Of a DNA stretch of 64,000 nucleotides, positions 51,001 through 63,898 are shown piece after piece; within the stretch, counting starts at the first letter, position 1, and the number at the start of each line of letters is the position of its first letter. The notes below the pieces were generated by a model. That model had not been told where the DNA came from, searched no databases, and was given only the letters and a program-made list of their open reading frames with translations. The stretch is from Octopus sinensis (lineage: Eukaryota): the NCBI RefSeq assembly GCF_006345805.1, contig NC_043002.1:67952001-68016000 (forward strand), written 5' to 3'. A program made the position numbers and the translations under genes.

Positions 51001-51200
51001 AGGCGCAATGGCCCAGTGGTTAGGGCGGTGGACTCGCGGTCGGAGGATCGCGGTTTCGATTCCCAGACCGGGTGTTGTTTATTGAGTGAAAACACCCAAA
51101 AGTTCCACAGGTGACCCCTGTTGTACTCTTTCGCCACAACTTTCTCTCACTCTCTCTTCCTGTTTTTTTGAGTAACGCTGCGACAGACACATACGCCACA
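51001..51200 (+). mobile_element. tRNA-derived SINE with a well-preserved tRNA-like head
   Basis: A box TGGCCCAGTGG and B box GGTTTCGATTCC; no closing acceptor stem; followed by a body (gccacaactttctctcactct) shared with family F copies. Confidence 0.7.
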
Positions 51201-52282
51201 GGCTTGAAAAGGGCGACGTTTATCGTTTATATATTCTGGCGGCAATTTTAATGGGAGAAGGTTAGTCGATACCATCAAATCCAGGACTTGACTGGTGCAT
51301 TGTTTTATCAGTTCCGGGAGGATGACGAGCAAAATTGTTAAAAATCAAGTTTGTCCGACGCGCTAACGACTTTGCTAGCCTATCGCTTGAATGCATTGGA
51401 AACAAACAACCGATTAAATAATACCACAACTTATATAACACACACTCTACGCAAATGATAAACCACCAGTGATCCAGGACCAGTTTATCAGCTGCGGTGT
51501 TGCATATTGTAATTAAGAGTGAACTTACATGAAAATAAAGCATATCATTGCTCCTACACAACACACACAGATACACGAGAAACACAACAATCACCACAAC
51601 ATAGAACAAAACAGATGTCGTACACGTGGAAACATTTAAGGTGTAGTTAAAAAAACAAACAATACGGTGACGTGACACTAAAGATTTTTCGACCAAGAAA
51701 TATATATTAGGAAGAAACACACGGGTGGTCCATTACATGGATTTAAAGAACAAAAAATATTGTAATTTAAATTTTTAACTCCTACCCCCTCCCAAGAACC
51801 AAGAAAGGCTGGCCGTCCGTCCGTCCGTGTGTGTGTATGTATGTACGAAAAAATATATTTACTAACAAATTATCCTTCAGATACCCTTTTAAATAACTGG
51901 GTAAATCCCAGCAATGGCCTTCTCGGGCTCTCCAGTAGTTTTAAATTAATCCTAAGTATTTACTTAACATGTTCTTTCTATTAACAAATATATTTTTTGT
52001 TATATCAACTCTCAGTGGGCACAGATTTAAATAGTCTCAATTAGTCGCAAGCACAGATTTAAGGATTGAGATTAACAAAATGTGTTTTATTTTTTTTAAA
52101 AATACAAACAAACAAAAAAAAGAAATCTTTATACTTTCAAAGGGGTTTCAAATTAGACAAAAAATGCAATCAAGAAATAAAGAAAAAAGAATTTTTTTTT
52201 AACTGAAACTACTGAAGTTGTTTTTAAAGAACAGTATAAAGAAAAATCTAACCTCTTCCTGTCCTACAAGGTATGGGATTAC

Positions 52283-52405
52283 CTATCTCTAGTTGCCCTG
52301 TTCTTTTCTCTCCTTCCACTTCAGAAGACATTTTTATCCACGATCCCTCATCAAAATGAATATTTGCAGATTGTGGAACCAGTGAGAGTATACTTGAAAG
52401 TTCCG
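52283..52405 (-). CDS. Candidate exon of gene 2
   Basis: 123 nt, phase 1 to 1; ELSSILSLVPQSANIHFDEGSWIKMSSEVEGEKRTGQLEI; donor G|GTAATC; weak acceptor. Confidence 0.4.
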
Positions 52406-52568
52406 CTTAACACTTTGTTCATGCATTCGAGATAAAAAAAATCTCATGTGAGACTACTGAATGTGTCAAGTGACTTAGTGTGTGTAGTTATATCGATTCG
52501 TCGATCTAGATATTTTTTTCCCATAGGAACGTTAGGAAAATCAGATCGCTGACGAATTAAATGTTTAC

Positions 52569-52632
52569 CATCATTCACGTCCCCGCATCTCACTGTTAAT
52601 ATTAGATGATTCGAGAGAAGAGACATCTCGGA
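52569..52632 (-). CDS. Candidate exon of gene 2
   Basis: aattacaag|TCC GAG...GAT G|GTAAAC; phase 0 to 1; SEMSLLSNHLILTVRCGDVND. Confidence 0.35.
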
Positions 52633-53393
52633 CTTGTAATTATTGGCAATTAATATTTCGGGTAACTTATATAACCTTGATAGGTTTTAGCCAGTATAGG
52701 CCCAGGGTATGTCTAACTTAATAGCACCACCTGGTGAAGTCTTCGCTTCAAAGGGGTTTTAAGGGGACAAAAAAAATTTACTCAACCTCACTGTTACCGT
52801 CTTTTGTTTTAATTTTATTTATTTATTTACTTATTGATTATAAAGGTGGCGAGCTGGCAGAATCATTAACACCCCGGATAAATATGCAGGCAATCATTCG
52901 TCTTTGGTCTCCAAGAACTAAAAGTATTTGTTGGGCAAGTTCCGTATAAAACTTAGTTTGCAGCTGAACAATGAAAAACACGATCGCAGTGAAACACACA
53001 CTTTCATTTGCTCATGAAACACAAATGAATGTTTGTGTGTGCGAGCGATCGATCGTGTTTTTCATTGTTCAGCTGCAAAAAATCAACATTAAAGAAAAAA
53101 AAATTTATATGGAACTTGCCGCCCAAGTACTTTAGTTCTCGGAGGCCAAAGACGATGGATTGCCCTTATTTTATCGCTTCCAAAATGATGAAGGGCAAAG
53201 TTAACCTCGAGGGAATTTGAACTCAGAACGCGGCGCACCTTCGATTTAGGTATCAAAAATGCCAAATGAAGACCACGTGAATTCATCTTTGTTTATTTAT
53301 AGGGTGTTTGTTTGTGGGTGTGTTTTCTAAAGTAAATTTAAAGTTAGTTCAGATTATCATATATAAGCGAATAATATTGGTTACATTAACTAC

Positions 53394-53478
53394 GAAAATA
53401 AGATCTGTTTGATTCCATTCTTTTTCTAGCTTCAAAGATACAGAATTTCCATATACATAACTCAACAAATGTTTAAAA
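53394..53478 (-). CDS. Candidate exon of gene 2
   Basis: Acceptor gtccctgcag after a ~100-bp intron; phase 2 to 0; FKHLLSYVYGNSVSLKLEKEWNQTDLIF; donor GTAGTT (or GTAACC 9 nt further). Confidence 0.45.
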
Positions 53479-53578
53479 CTGCAGGGACATGTTAGGTAAA
53501 CAATATACAGGGAAAATCAACAACACTCAAGCATTCTATATGATATAAATATAATTATTAATGAGGTTTTTCACTTAC

Positions 53579-53630
53579 CGAAACGCTGGTATGCATCGAA
53601 GGGGATATGTCGAATAAATCCTCTGGATTT
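53579..53630 (-). CDS. Candidate exon of gene 2
   Basis: Acceptor tttctttattttatcaatag, donor CG|GTAAGT; 52 nt, phase 1 to 2; (E)IQRIYSTYPLRCIPAF(R). An alternative acceptor at 53670 gives another open frame. Confidence 0.5.
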
Positions 53631-53989
53631 CTATTGATAAAATAAAGAAACTTCAGCTCCTCCAAATCAGCTGTGAATGAGGAGATTTAGGATGGAACAG
53701 ACACCAGCTATATTCAACTCGTTTTCTTTCTTTTGTCTCCAAGCTTAAGTATCTAGGACTACATTATCCATTATGCTCTTCCTCTTTAAGTCAGAACAAT
53801 GTTAGTTGATGGATATTTGGCTGCTATTTCTAGCCGGTCCACCTACTACAAAAATGCTTTTTGTTGGCTCCATAAGAATGAGCGTGCTAATGAATGTACG
53901 CCGACATATCTGCGTGTGTATGTGTGACACTTGTGACTAGAAACAAAATAAAGAAATTACTTGTGACTAGAAACAAGATAAAGAAATAT

Positions 53990-54365
53990 AGTGTCCCCAA
54001 ATTAATGATCTACTTCAGTGAAATTGGACAATCTTTTTAAAACCTCACTTTTATTTATGCTTATCATACATACGTGTTAAAAGTGCATAAATTTTCTTAT
54101 TTTGTTTATAATTTTATTATCTTTATTTTTATTGGATCCTACTTAACTGCCCACATTTCTTTTTCTTTTGCAATTTGGCTGCAATCATTTTCTCCGCCTT
54201 CATCCAGTGGGTGAAACAACAATTTAGCAGAACTTAAAAAACACATTTAGTCTGCAGTGCCGGAGATAACTCCTGGAATGTTTCAAAATGTGTTTCGCAA
54301 AGCTAAGGATAGATTTGAAATTTGTAGGGATACAGACGGGGCACATGTGGGAAATTTTGATCTAG
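53990..54365 (+). mobile_element. Tc1/mariner-derived element with transposase C-terminus
   Basis: NNLAELKKHI...EITPGMFQNVFRKAKDRFEICRDTDGAHVGNF resembles the ELK..I...RL..C....GGH ending of Tc1/mariner transposases; starts TA-tagtgtcccc. Confidence 0.5.
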
Positions 54366-54404
54366 TTTTTTCATTCGCATCCGAAATTTTCTGTCAGCGG
54401 GGAG

Positions 54405-54520
54405 AGAAGGTAAGGTGAGAGAGATGGCTGTGACTCATGAAGGAGGATAGATCATAAGGTAGGGGGATGATATGCAAGATCTTGGCATAATGGGGAGGGG
54501 GAGATGTGAGGGTAGATAGG
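54405..54520. repeat. Purine-rich dispersed repeat, duplicated at about 56207-56325
   Basis: agaaggtaaggtgagagagat.gc.gtgact.atgaaggaggatagatcataagg...gcaagatcttggcataatgggg in both copies. Confidence 0.75.
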
Positions 54521-55280
54521 GGGACGTAAGATTTATAAATCTATTTCCTTTGGTATCATAGTTATGTAATAATAAACATAATTCTGTCAGTTTTTCTTTT
54601 TTTAATTTGCCCGATGTCATTGAAGTACATAGTCAATTCTGGGATACCCCGTACTCACACATACGCGAACGCACACAAACAACAACAGGCTAGTGACGTA
54701 GGGGTCTATGTCATCAGGGGCAGCTCTTGAAATTCCTGCCCGTCCCTGCCCCTATACAGTATTATACTGCAGACGCAAAAGTACCGCCTCTATAAAATCA
54801 CCGTCCCCATCGTTCTCTGCCTCCCTCCACTAGCTATGCTACTGGATTAAACAATTTCAGGGCTTCTATGTTATGAGCAGTTCTAAGTTTTTTTTGTTTT
54901 TTTTTAAGAAGTATAAAATTATTTTCTCTGAAACAAAATATTAAAAACAGTACCATTCTACATTTATATACACATAATATGTTATACATACCGGTATTTT
55001 ATTGTAAGGTTGCTTTTTCTCATGTCACTGGCGCTAGTGAGATTGCCAAGTAGGTTGCATAAAAAGAAAAGAATAGGAAAGAGACTAAATATGGGAGGAA
55101 TACAAGGTATGTGGGTGGTCGCTAAAGATCCTGAAATGATAAAGTGTGATAGAGGAACAAGAACAGGTGTCTTGCTGTGGTGGAGATACATTATAAGGGT
55201 GAGCAGCTCACATTACTCTGTAAGGAGCATAGGGTCAGTTTTCCAGTTTCTCAGGGGTATATATTCCTCCTTGGACAGGA

Positions 55281-55805
55281 TGCGAATTTTTTTCCCATGA
55301 GAGTTCCGAACCCTATAAATTAACTCATTTGCATACAGCCAATCGGAGCTCACCTTGACCTTGTTGTCAAGTTAACAAATGCACTCTACCAAGTAAACTC
55401 AAGACAAAGAACGGTGTAGCTTGTCGACCGATCGCCAAGTTATGCCTGATTTTAGAAGGAGACAAGTAATTGTATAGATTTGCATCTATACCTATTATCG
55501 GATTTTGTTAGGACTCCATTTGGTAAAGATGTGGATGGGAGAAATGTAGGTAGAAGGTGATGTGCTAGCAACCCTCTCCCCTTACTGTTTTACAAAGTAA
55601 ACAACAATAAAAATAACTATGCAGAGGCAGCCATGGCTGAAACAAGAACAAGAAGCATTATTAAATGAGAAAAGAAGCACGGTCATTCCTTACCCAAGTG
55701 ACCTTATCTTATCGCCCATCACTTGTTATGCGCTCATAAATTAGATTGATAGTTGAGCTCTGATTGGCTGTCGGTCCGGAAGTCTCATGTTAAAAAGAAT
55801 TTCGT
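55281..55805 (+). other. Duplicated element (copy 2); its right end is an inverted partial copy of its left end
   Basis: Octamer ATTTGCAT 55327-55334, CCAAT 55339-55343, TCACCTTGACC 55350-55360; 55756-55805 reversed reads ...CATGAGACTTCCGGACCGACAGCCAATCAGAGCTCA. Confidence 0.7.
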
Positions 55806-56659
55806 GGCCAAGACATCAGTCCGTCACAGAATTACCCATTTTTGCCAGCTGAGTGGACTGGAATAATATGCAATGTGGTGTTTTGGTCAAGAACACAACA
55901 CATCGCCCAGTCCAGGGGTCAAAACTACAATTTTATGATCATGAATTTAACACCTTAACCCGTAAGCCATGCACCTCCATATACATAATAAGAATGAGTA
56001 GTAGAAATTGAGATGAAGATAAAGATGATGATGATAGTGATGATATACTAGAATTGATTCTGATGGTAGGTGTGTAGTTTCATAAGAATGTGAAGGAGGA
56101 GTTACATGATAAGACAAGGGGATAATAACAAATGGTTAGAGTGAGGTGGATTTATTGAATGATGTGCAAGGGTGGTGGTGCAGTTGGTGGGAAATAATCA
56201 GAAGGGAGAGAAGGTAAGGTGAGAGAGATAGCGGTGACTTATGAAGGAGGATAGATCATAAGGCAGGGAGATGATGTGCAAGATCTTGGCATAATGGGGA
56301 GGGAGATGTGAGGGTAGATAGGGGGATGTATAGTAGGTGGGCTTGGTGGAGATGAGAACCTACCGAAATGATAGCAGATGTGAGAGGAGACACGATGGAG
56401 TATGATGAAGGAGAGGGAGCTATCTGAAGGCACAAAAAGGTGTTCAGTGAGAATAGTATGGTAAAGGAAGGCAGGATGAGTATAAGGGAGGGAAAGTTCC
56501 AGGGGAGAAGGTGGGGTGACTGGTAATGCAAAAGAAATGGTCAGAATTCATATGACTAATATGGGCAAGATCCTCTTTCCCTTTCATCTCCTTCTCTTTC
56601 ACATATGGAGAAACACTGGACTTTTCTATTTCATTTGCCATATGATTTCAACTAAATAC

Positions 56660-58330
56660 ATAAACCTCTTTTATAAAAGGTCATGTTCCACTGCTTTGTA
56701 GTATGGTTGTTCACAGGCCCTTTGTTACCAGCAGAGGTAGGAGTTCTCTGGATTTTGCCCAGGCTATTCTTATTCTAGCAGCTATGCTCTCAGAGCATCC
56801 ACCTCCGCTACTGACTTGGTTACCTAGGTAAATGAAACTATCAGCTAATTCTAGTTTTTCCCCCTGGCATGTGATGGAATCTGCTTCCTGTAAATCTTTG
56901 GTGTTTATTGCCTCTGTGCATCTGCCACACACAAAAACTATCTTCTCAGTTAACTGTCCTTTGATATTGCTGCACCTCTTATGTGTCAATAGCTTACACC
57001 AAGCAAGGCCATCAGCATAGAGGAGCTCCCAGGAACAGCCTGTATTGAATTCTTGGAGGACTATGATGAACAAGAAGAGACTGAGGACTGATCCTTGGTG
57101 AACCCCTACTTCTACTTTGAATTCTTCACTATACTCATTTCCAACCCTCACCTTACTGACAGCATCCCTGTATATGGCTTGCACAGCTCTCACCAACTAC
57201 TCATCTATCCCTAGTTTCTGCATTGACCACTAGATAAAAGAACAAGGGACCCTGTCAAAGGCTTTCTCCATGTCAGCAAAAGCCAAATACAGAGGTTTAT
57301 CTTTGACTAGGAATTTCTCCTGCAACTGTCTTACCAGAAGTATAGCATCAGTGGTGCCTCTCTCTGGCACAAAGCCAAACAGCATCTCATCTAAACTAAC
57401 TCTCTCCCTAATTAGTTGGGCTATGACCCTCTCTGGGACTTTCACTACGTGATCCAACAACTTGATACCTCTTTAATTATTTGAATCTAATGCATCACCT
57501 TTACCTTTGTAGAAGGTGACTAGAGTGCTGCTACACCAGTCATTGGGTATGACTCCTTCATATATCACCTGGTTGATTATACGGGTGACTAGATTATAGC
57601 CTGCGCCACCAGATATTTAAAGCATCTCAACAGTGATTCCTGACGGGCTGGAGGCTTTCTATGTCTTCTTTCCCTTAATTGCTTTATCTACCAAAGTATT
57701 GTCAATTCAAATAGCTGGTACCTTTGTTGGGTCGACATTTGGCAGATTCTTTCCTATTCATTCTCTTCATTGAGCAAACTTTCATAGTGTTGTTTCCAAG
57801 TCTCTCTCTTTGCAACATCATTAAACACAAGTGAGCTATCGTGCATGTGGACACATTTCTCTCCTATAACATCAGGATTCTTTCTCACACACTGTCTTGT
57901 AAAATGAAACACTTCAAGTCTCTGGTCCTCCCGATGCAGAACATTGGCAAATTTTTTCTTATCTACTTCCCCTCTGACTAAGTAAATCTGTCTCCTAGCT
58001 TCCCTTCTGACAATCTAATACAGTTCCCTGCTACCACCACACTTCCACTCCTTCCATGCCTGTTTCTTTTCCCTAATGGCCTTATCAACTACATTGTTCC
58101 ACCACTACATTACCTTAGGTTGAGATGGGACTTTGCACCAGCCACAGATCTGGTCAGTAACCTTTAACAGGTTGTCCCATAGGAACTTCCAATTGTCCTC
58201 CACACTATGTAATGCTATATCCACCTCTTTTCGTCAAAAGCTTCAAGTAACACATCTCTAAATCTCTGTCCATTCATGGATCTTTAAGCTTCCAGACCCT
58301 TCTTTTCTGCGCAGTCATTTAGCCATGTGA
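56660..58330 (-). mobile_element. RTE-clade LINE, degenerate RT region
   Basis: FGFVPERGTTDAI...FADMEKAFDRVP, VGVHQGSVLS, ELLYAD, AARIRIAWAK.RELLPLL; multiple stops and frameshifts. A small related piece lies at about 36075-36160 (+). Confidence 0.92.
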
Positions 58331-60105
58331 TCCTGAAGTTGCTAACTACTAACATATGTTGTGGGGTGCATTCTTCACCTGGGAAAGTTTTGGCACTATG
58401 TATGTATGTGTGTGTGTGTGTGTGTAATTTTTTGGGCCATGTAACAAAAGTGCTTTTCTTTGGACTATCTTTTCCTCCCTTCTCTTCCTCCTCTCTGGAC
58501 TTTTGCCCCTAAACAACAAAGAGCCATGCCAGAATCATATTTTCCACTCCTAGTTTTCCATCTAAGACTTTCACTGAGCACCATTCTAATATATGCACTT
58601 ACAGCTAATTGACTTTTGTTGGGTTTTTTCCCTGTTTTTTTTTATATATATATATATTCTGGATTTGCCTATCATCATTATCATCATTTAACATCTGTTT
58701 TCCATGTTGGCAATGAGTTGGATGTTTGATCAGAGCTGACAAGCTGGAGAGTTGTACCAGGTTCCAATCTGCTTTGGTTTGATTTCTACAGCTGGATGCC
58801 CTTCCTAATGCCAACCACTCTGCAGAGTGCCCTGGGTGTATTTTATGTGGACTGACATGAGGACACTAACAAGCTAAAAACCCCGGCAGCTGGGGCAGGA
58901 TTAACAATTCTGTGGTGGTGGACAAGTCTTCTTGAGTACAACAAGGCGCCAGATATCTCAGTCCTTTGTCATCTCCTTCTTAAGGCTCAGTGTCCTGAGA
59001 TCAGCCTTCAGTACTTCATCTCATGTCTTTGTGTGTGTTTGTTCTTGTCTTGATAATATCATCATCATTGTTTAACGTCTGCTTTCCATGCTTGCATGGG
59101 TTGGACGGTTTGACTGGGGACTGGTGAGCCAGATGGCTGCACCAGGCTCCAATCTGATCTAGCAGAGTTTCTACAGCTAGATGCCCTTCCTCATGCCAAC
59201 CACTCCGAGAGTGTAGTGGGTGCTTTTACGTGCCACCGGCACGAGGGCCAGTCAAGTGGTACTGGCAATGGCCATGCTCAAGTGGTGTTTTTACGTGTCA
59301 CTTGCACAGGAGCCAGTCTAGCGGCACTGGCAATGCCCTCGCTCAAATGTTGTTTTTCATGTACCGCCGGCACAAGTGCCAGTAAGGCGATGTTGGTAAC
59401 GATCAAGCTTGATTGTTGCTTTTTACATGCCACCGGCATGGGGGCCAATCAGCGACCCTGGCAGTGATCACGCTGGGATGGTGCTCTTAGCGCTCCACTA
59501 GTGGTAAATGAGTGTCACTGTTATACAAGCAGTGTTATTCATTTTCACTCTTCCATGAAAACATGTTTGGCCATGTGGAAATAATACCTTGCTTACAAAC
59601 AAATGAAGGTTGGTAACAACAAGACATCTGGTTAAAGAAAACCTGCCTCAGCAAGCTCTATCCAGCCTATGTCAATATGGGGAGGGGGAGGAGGAGGATG
59701 GCGGCAGCAGCAACAGATTAATTTCTATATTAATTAATTGTGTGTTGGGCCACATTGATTTTTTTTTTTTAAGACATTGAGGAGGTAGGGGTTCTTTCAA
59801 ATGGATTGTAAAAAAATGTCTGAGTTTTCTGTTATGTACACTTGTGAAATGGAAAAAGAGTTTGTCACTCAAAGCTCTCCTCAACACCATCATGTAATGT
59901 CCTTTTTCCATGCTGGCATGGGTCAGACAATTTGACATGAACTGACAAGCCAGAGGGATGCACCAATCTCCAATGTCTGTTATGGCATAGTTTCTACAGC
60001 TGGAAGCCCTTCCTAATGACCTTCTTAATATCATCTACTGAGATACTTAAACAGCAGTGTTGGAGTTGCCATGTTTTTCTGATTAGAATCCTTTATATTG
60101 TAACA

Positions 60106-60190
60106 GTTATAAAATTGCCATTTGGTAAAAGAAGCAGCTATAAAATTGCCATTTGGTAAAAGAAACAGTTGTAAAATTGCCATTTGGTAC
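60106..60190. repeat. ~31-bp tandem repeat, ~2.7 copies
   Basis: taaaattgccatttggtaaaagaa.cag.t repeated. Confidence 0.85.
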
Positions 60191-60530
60191 ATAACACAAA
60201 CAAGATAAAATATCGAGTCTTAAGATCAAGGTTCTGCAATTTTGTGAGTCAACACAATAAACTTAGTTAATCTTGTGTAAAGCAAAGCCTAATTTTTCTG
60301 CATTTATTTAATTATTTATTTATTTATTTATTTATTTAATTATTATTATCATTATTATTGCATATAATGAAAGCAGTAAGATAGAGTGTACTTTGACATG
60401 AATTGTATAGCACATTATGTTGTTTTGGTTGTTGAGTCATTTTCTCTTGGACAACAATGAACTGAGGATGGATACTGCTTTCACAAAACATAAATGTTGC
60501 ACACAAGCATATTCAAGGGATCTACAAATA

Positions 60531-60918
60531 TAATGAACTACTCATTAATTTTATTGTGCATTCATCATTACTTAAGTGGTTAGCTTCACAGCCATATTGT
60601 ATCTGTATTCAGCTCTATTAATTAGGCCTTTGAGAGTTAAATGTCTTTGTGTAGGAGTATGACCCAGCATATATGCTGATGACAGGCTACAAAGCAATAA
60701 CTATTCTGTTAATAAATTACTAAGTTGATTAGATACTTGTACAAGTAACAGATTAATTTGTGCTTTGTGTCCTATCATCAGCTTATGTGCTAAGTCATAC
60801 CCCTAAACCAAGACATTTAACTCTCAAAAGGCCTAATCTATAGAGTTGAATACAGTAATGTTGTGAAGCTAAACACTTAAGTAATGAAATCACAGTACAA
60901 TTGATGAGTGGTTCATTA
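60531..60918. mobile_element. MITE with ~150-bp imperfect TIRs, TA termini
   Basis: taatgaactactcatt...ttacttaagtggttagcttcaca...ggcctttgagagttaaatgtctt mirrored by aagacatttaactctcaaaaggcc...gaagctaaacacttaagtaatg...gttcatta. Confidence 0.85.
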
Positions 60919-63898
60919 CATTTACAAAGCTGTGATAGGGGCACAAATGCATCCAGAGATGATGATCCGTGTGTGGGTGTACATAAATATATATATATAG
61001 TGTTTCAGAATTTAGTCTCTTTACTCTTTTACTTGTTTCAGTCATTTGACTGTGGCCATGCTGGAGCACTGCCTTTAATCGAGCAATTTGACCCGGGACT
61101 TATTCTTTTGTAAGCCCAGTACTTATTCTATCGGTCTCTTTTGCCGAACCGCTAAGTAACGGGGACATAAACACACCAGCATCGGTTGTCAAGCAATGCT
61201 AGGGGGACAAACACAGACACACAAACACACACACGCATATATATATACATATATACGACGGGCTTCTTTCAGTTTCCGTCTACAAAATCCACTCACAAGG
61301 CTTTGGTCAGCCCAAGGCTATAGTATAAGACACTTGCCCAAGATGCCACACAGTGGGACTGAACCCGGAACCATGTGGTTGGTAAGCAAGCTACTTACCA
61401 CACAGCCACTCCTGCGCCTATGTTTGTAAATTTTTATTTTTTATTTGTATTTTTAAATTTTTTTTTTATTAATTTTATTTGAATTAAACTATGGCTTGCA
61501 TAGTAAGGTCCGGCAAATCTATTTACACATACACATACTTATATGTTAAAATTAAAATATAGTATTTGGTATCGAACTATGATAAAGTTATTTAGAGGCC
61601 TGATGATTGGGGTTACATTTTAAGAAAGGTTCCTGTAAAACACTGCGTGCTTAAGGAACCGCAAAAGAACCTCAAGAAACACATGTAGCTGAGAAATGAG
61701 TAGTAAGTATTAAATTAAATTAAAATTCTTTTATATGGTGTGCTGAAGGGGACTACTATCTCTAAATAACATATATTTCCTCATTGAGAATAATTTGAAC
61801 CCCTGTGATGCCGGAATTTTTATTCCCTAATAAATAAAATAAAATATATATATATATATTGTTTGTTCCTTCTTGAGCCACGCCTGGCTCATAAGGTCCG
61901 GTTTCCCAGTTTCCTTGGTGTATAGGTTCCCCACTCGGACAGGATGCCGGTCCGTCGCAGGTGAGCTGCAAGATGCAGGAGGAAAGAGTGAGAGAAAGTT
62001 GTGGCGAAAGAGTCAGCAGAAGTTTGCCATTACCTTCTGCTGGAGCCGCGTGGAGCTTAGGTGTTTCGCTCATAAACACACACATCGCCCGGTCTGAGAT
62101 TCAAACCCGCGATCCCTTGACCGTGAATCCGTTGCTCTAACTACTAGGCCATGTGCCTTCTTCTGCAACAAATTTTCATTTATTTTCATATATTTTAATC
62201 AGCCAGACATAAAAATAATGTATTAAATTTAAAATGGAATTTTAAAATATTTACTTCATACAATTTTAACATTTTTTTCTGTGTGGATACATTTTTACAG
62301 TTTACATGGCATTGCAGATTTCATTTTAAAAAATGTCAGGAGAATACTTCTTTTCAACTAGGTCACTTCCCTTCAGAAAATCTAAAAGTCTGTGAATGTG
62401 TGTGGTAAGTAGCTTGCTTACTAACCGCATGGTTCTGGATTCAATCCCACTGCGTGGTGCCTTGGGCAAGTGTCTTCTACTATAGCCTCAGGCTGACCAA
62501 AGCCTTGTGAGTGGATTTGGTAGATGGAAACTGAAAGAAGCCTATCGTATGTATCTATATATATATATGTATAAGGCGGCGAGCTGGCAGAAACGTTAGC
62601 ACGCCGGGTGAAATGCGTAGCCGTATTTGGTCTGTCGTTACGTTCCGAGTTCAAATTCCGCCAAGGTCGACTTTGCCTTTCATCCTTTCGGGGTCGATAA
62701 ATTAAGTACCAGTTACGCACAGGGGTCGATCTAATCGACTTAATCTGTTTGTCTGCCCTTGTTTGTCCCCTCTGTGTTTAGCCCCTTGTGGGTAGTAAAG
62801 AAATATATATATATATATGTATGTGTGTGTGTATACGTTTGTGCATCTGTGTTTGTCCTCCCAACATCGCTTGACAACCGATGTTGGTGTGTTACATCCC
62901 TGCAACTTAGCGGTTTGGCAAAAGAGACTGATAGAATAAGTACTAGGCTTACAAAGAATACGTCCTAGGGTCAGTTTGCTCAACTAAAGTTGGTGCTCCT
63001 GCATGGCCACAGTCAAATGACTGAAACAAGTAGAACAGAGTAAAGATTACCAATATATGTATAGATTTATACCTAGAGACTTTTAAAAGGTCTTGATACC
63101 AAAGCATGTGATATAAAAAATTTTAAAAATAAAAAATTTTACACAATGCTAGTCAAGTTGACCCATTTCTAGAACTTCCATTTTACCTATTTTTAGAAAT
63201 AAGCAATGTTCCAATATTAATTAGGGCATTTAATTAATATACTATGAATGCAAACACATGCATAAGTTAGTCAATATCCAAAATTAAGTTTGCCCTTCAT
63301 AGCAAAGAAGTTTGATATTTTCATACAGACATATGTAACTACAGTTGATTCCAAAATTATAACACCAAAATTAGTTCTTGTTTCAAGATTTTAATAGCAA
63401 GCTACTTGTAACTGCTCCTAATTTTATGATACTGTAGCAGATTTGAAACCAAATCACTGGACAGTCATGTGGTCACCACATTGAGATCACAATTGTTTCA
63501 CATGTTCAATCAATTAACTGACCAATCAGCCTTGAGTGATCATGTGATTTGATTTTCTAGAACCTTCTAATGAGTCTTATATAAAAGATGCATTTTTTGG
63601 GCTGTAACTTCAGAAGGCCAAGAGAGTTGCTTTAACAAACCCCATCTTACAGTTCTATATTTAAAAGATGAGGAATTATGTACATTATTTACATTATTTA
63701 CATTTGACGGATATTTGTCCTCATCTTGTTTGTTGTTAACACAACGTTTCAGCTGATATACCCTCCATTAAATAATGTAAAATCCCACCTTGTTTATTCA
63801 ATTCATCAGCCGTGCAGATTGAAGATACAGATTTGCCATCATGAATTTAGTACAATATTTCTTCAGTTGTGGTGGCCTAGTCACAGATTGATACATAC

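Noticed and set aside
51001-51072. Possible tRNA gene
   Set aside because: A and B boxes are present, but the acceptor and anticodon stems do not close and it continues into a SINE body.
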